Assembly: GCA_050613775.1 (NCBI GenBank)
Contig: JBODTK010000016.1
Coordinates: 620,001 to 684,000, forward strand
DNA length: 64,000 nucleotides
Direction: 5' to 3'
DNA from: Neocallimastix sp. 'constans'
Lineage: Eukaryota
Shown here: positions 60,668 to 64,000 of the stretch, in pieces
Numbering within the stretch: position 1 is the first letter of the stretch
How the letters are laid out: the number at the start of each line of letters is the position of its first letter
The notes under the pieces: model-generated
Databases searched by the model: none
Told to the model about the DNA's origin: nothing
Seen by the model: only the letters and a program-made list of their open reading frames with translations
Program-made: the position numbers and the translations under genes

Positions 60668-61743
60668 CAATATATATTATTAATAATATTAAAAAAATAT
60701 ATAATATTATGAAATTTTATAACATTTTTTATATATAAATTATTACTGTTTCATCAATATGCTCATCAGTTAATTCATCATCTATATATATTTTATCAAG
60801 CTTGGGTAAAGATCTATTAATCCAAAAAGGAAATGATCTATTTTCTATGTAAAGTTAGAAGTTAAGATTAATTTTTATTCTTTAAAATAATAATGATTTC
60901 ATTAAATTTATAGTATTGAAAAAGGATATATAGTCATTGTAATATAAATATCTAATGGAATCAGTATCAATTAAAATGTTGTCTTTAATATCATTATTTA
61001 TTAAATTTGTAATTTTTTGTGAGGCCTTTTATATATATATATATATATATATATTGAAATGTATATTATATTTTTTATGAAAAATTATATTAATTGATGG
61101 GGTTACTTTGAATTTAATTTTATTTAATTTTATTTCTTTATATATTTTAATACCTCTAGGAAATGAATAAATACTCTATCAGAGTATAAAAATAAACCAG
61201 TGATAATTGAATCTGTGTTTTGATGTTTTTTAATAATGTTTGCATAATATACTATTAAATTTATTTGTTAATTTATAAAATGAAAATTATATATGATTAA
61301 TATTAGAATTTATTATAGCTTTTATGATATCATTTTTTTAATCACAATATATAATATATATATATAAATATATATATAATTTTTTTTCTTTTTATTCAAA
61401 AAAGAGTAATAATAAAAAAAAGTTTTTAATCACGTAATTTACCTCCTAAATCTGGCTGAATGATTTTACTTTTTTCTTCCTCAGTTAAATTATCATAGGA
61501 ATTAACCTTACCGCAGATAACAGTTCGACATAAAATTTCTTTCTTTTATATATAATAATAAATTTATTTAAAAATATTCCGAAAAATTATTGTAATATAT
61601 CAATAATATTAATAATAATATTTATAATATTAATATTAATTATCAGTATCTTCATTAATTATTATTTAAAGCAAAAATATATATATATATTTTTCTATTT
61701 TATTTTATCATAATGATATTTTTTACATTATTATATATATATG

Positions 61744-61782
<39 letters not shown>

Positions 61783-61947
61783 TTGTTTATTACTTACTCG
61801 ATTATGATTTGTATTTTCTCGAATTATATCTAAATAATTTAATCTTTTTTCATCAATATCAATATCAGTTATTGCTAATGATCTTTTATCATTTTCACTT
61901 GGTGCCTTATTTTGACTATTTTTATTATTGCTATTATCAGAAACCAT
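59861..61947 (-). CDS. TEX47: TEX47/MOT7(DYBLUP)-like BLUF-fold flagellar protein, 8 exons: 61798-61947, 61443-61542, 61154-61251, 60930-61025, 60747-60848, 60500-60559, 60134-60296, 59861-59898 (268 aa)
   Basis: Exons join in frame (807 nt); motifs RLNYLD, ILCRTVICGKV, ITGLFLY..FIHFLEAS, RSFPFW, LESDLVWP match TEX47 as I recall it. Confidence 0.75.
60849..60929 (-). other. AT-AC U12-type (minor) intron
   Basis: 5' ATATCCTTT, branch-like AATCTTAAC 12 nt before the 3' end, terminal TAC; phase 0; removal restores the frame. Confidence 0.8.
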
Positions 61948-62871
61948 TTTTTTTAATAATATAAAATATTATATAGAATCTCTATATTTGTGTAGAGTTT
62001 AATTTTTTTGTTTTTGTTTATAAATATTTTATAATATTTATTATTAAATTATATAATATACAATAATAATATACTTTAATGTAGTACATTTCTATTACAT
62101 TTTAAACTCAGAATTATTAAAATATTTTATTTATAAAAATAAATAAAATATTTTATAAATAAAATATTTATAAAATAAATTTTTAAAAATAATTATTTAA
62201 TAAATTTTATAAAGATATACCAAGAACTTTAAAAACTTTATGTAGCCATAATAAAATTATAATCATAATGATTTTTTACCAACTTAAAAAATTAATAAAA
62301 TTTATGTAATTTAAATATAAATTTCAATTTAATATGTCATATTATTTAAATAAAATTTATTGTTAATATAGAAAACTAAAGATATAATATAATATAATAA
62401 TATAAGCAACCAATGAATTACAAGTTAATGTTTTATAAGTAAAAAATATTAAAAATTAATTGAATTAATTATAATATTCTTTATTTATTAGGTTTCTCTA
62501 TTTTTTTCCTTTTTAAACATATGGGATTAAATTTTTCTATTATTTTAATTTCTACATATTTATCCATCTATATTATCTATCTAATTAATACAATGTTCTC
62601 AAAATTATTAAAAATTTTAATTTATATTTTTTAAAAATTAGAACATAGATACTTTTAAAAATTTATATACTTTTTAGTTCTTCATATATACTATAAAAAA
62701 ATATTAATTAAATACAAAAGTTTTTAAGTTTTTGAATATTATTTATAACATATAAAAAAAATTTTTTTTAAAATAGCTACATTAATAAAATATTAAATAT
62801 CGTTATTTTTTTTTTTATCATTATTCATATTTTTTTCTAATTTTCTTATAACTATTTTTCATATATATATA

Positions 62872-63633
62872 TTAAATATTCCATGAATTCTTTTTGTTTT
62901 GGAAATCAACTTCTTGCCATTTTAAGAATTTTTGGTACTTATTACGTTCGTAATTATCAAATTCAATTTTTTCATGGCATCTAATTTGTTGACGATAAAC
63001 TTCTAATTCAACCCTTTTTTTATATTCATCAACACTTAATGGTTCTTTCTTAATATTTGAATTTCCACAACTGTAAGAATAAGAACGATTTCTAGTAATG
63101 ATCTTTTTTTGTTTCTTTTCTTGTTCTTCAATTTGGTTGTTTATTAAGTCCTCGATACTTAAAACATCATCTTCTGAAATGAAAGAAAGAGATTTAGAAC
63201 GAGTGTGTGTATCCATTTTACTTGAAATCTTTCTTAATTCTGCATTTAATAATGGATCAGTAGACACTATACCACTATTTGACCTTTGATTTGTAATTTT
63301 GAATTCACCTTCTTCTTGAATTGGCTCAATAGAAAATTTAGATAACATAGTATTATTATTCATATTATTTACTTCCTTAACATTATATCCTGACAAGAGA
63401 GTAGCTGGAACACTATTAGAACGTGGTCTTACTAATGTACATTCAATATCACATTGTCTACGAGATGACCCATACAATCCATATGAATTTGGTGGAGCCA
63501 TAGACCTTGTTCTTTGATGTTTTTTAACTTCTTTTTTATTTAATTGATCTATTTCTTCCTTATTTTCAAGAATAAGTTTGTCGAAAATTTCTTGACACTT
63601 TTTAGTTAATTCTTCGTAATTGTTTGTAGCCAT
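62872..63633 (-). CDS. Intronless hypothetical protein, 253 aa, with repeated RxRSxS-like motifs
   Basis: Clean ORF with coding-like GC content; no domain recognised. Confidence 0.8.
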   Translation of the reverse strand: MATNNYEELTKKCQEIFDKLILENKEEIDQLNKKEVKKHQRTRSMAPPNSYGLYGSSRRQCDIECTLVRPRSNSVPATLLSGYNVKEVNNMNNNTMLSKFSIEPIQEEGEFKITNQRSNSGIVSTDPLLNAELRKISSKMDTHTRSKSLSFISEDDVLSIEDLINNQIEEQEKKQKKIITRNRSYSYSCGNSNIKKEPLSVDEYKKRVELEVYRQQIRCHEKIEFDNYERNKYQKFLKWQEVDFQNKKNSWNI

Positions 63634-64000
63634 TTTAATATTTTTGATTTATATTATAGGTTTGGATAATGAATTAATTTTTTTTTTCTTCTTTAAATAT
63701 ATGTTTACAATTATTAATATTCTTATGTAAAATTAATATTTGTTTTAATATTACTTTTTTTATATACAAAATTTTACAAATAATTTTATATTAATAATTA
63801 TAGTTTTAATAGAGAGAATCCTTTTAATGTTCTATCTGTAACTTTAAAACTACAGTGATATAAAATCTTTTAACTATATAGAGAATTAATAATTTTCTCT
63901 TAATATTTAAAATTAATTTATATAAATATGATATATACTTTTAATTACATATATACTCTAAGAATTTAAAAATTAATATGAAAAAAAAAAAGAGAAAAAG

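Noticed and set aside
60359..61947. ORF-track proteins 60359-60550 and 61723-61947 as separate genes
   Set aside because: They are exons of the TEX47-like gene reading on into introns (the poly-K comes from an intronic A run)

Overview
Extremely AT-rich eukaryotic DNA; composition, intron style and a flagellar gene suggest an anaerobic gut fungus (Neocallimastigomycota), which is an inference. About 52 kb (6924-58952) is a pile of LTR retroelements, Ty3/Gypsy wherever coding sequence survives. I label the families A-P provisionally. The pile ends 15 bp upstream of a tRNA-Pro(AGG) gene at 58968-59039. The short spacers between the stacked LTRs (CAAA, TCTG, TGTA/GGTA, ACAA, TTCT) can be reassembled into one target site, implying repeated same-orientation insertion 13-26 bp upstream of this tRNA. 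A different LTR family (M) carries a tRNA-like Pol III promoter (A and B boxes at tRNA spacing). Both M copies were hit at the same nucleotide, 15 bp upstream of that promoter, by two different tRNA-targeting families. Families A and B share a covarying structured RNA in their 5' leaders, and A, B and C share a TTTAAAC -1 frameshift site. Host genes: an intronless membrane protein, an 8-exon TEX47/MOT7-like gene with an AT-AC (U12-type) intron, and an intronless unknown protein.
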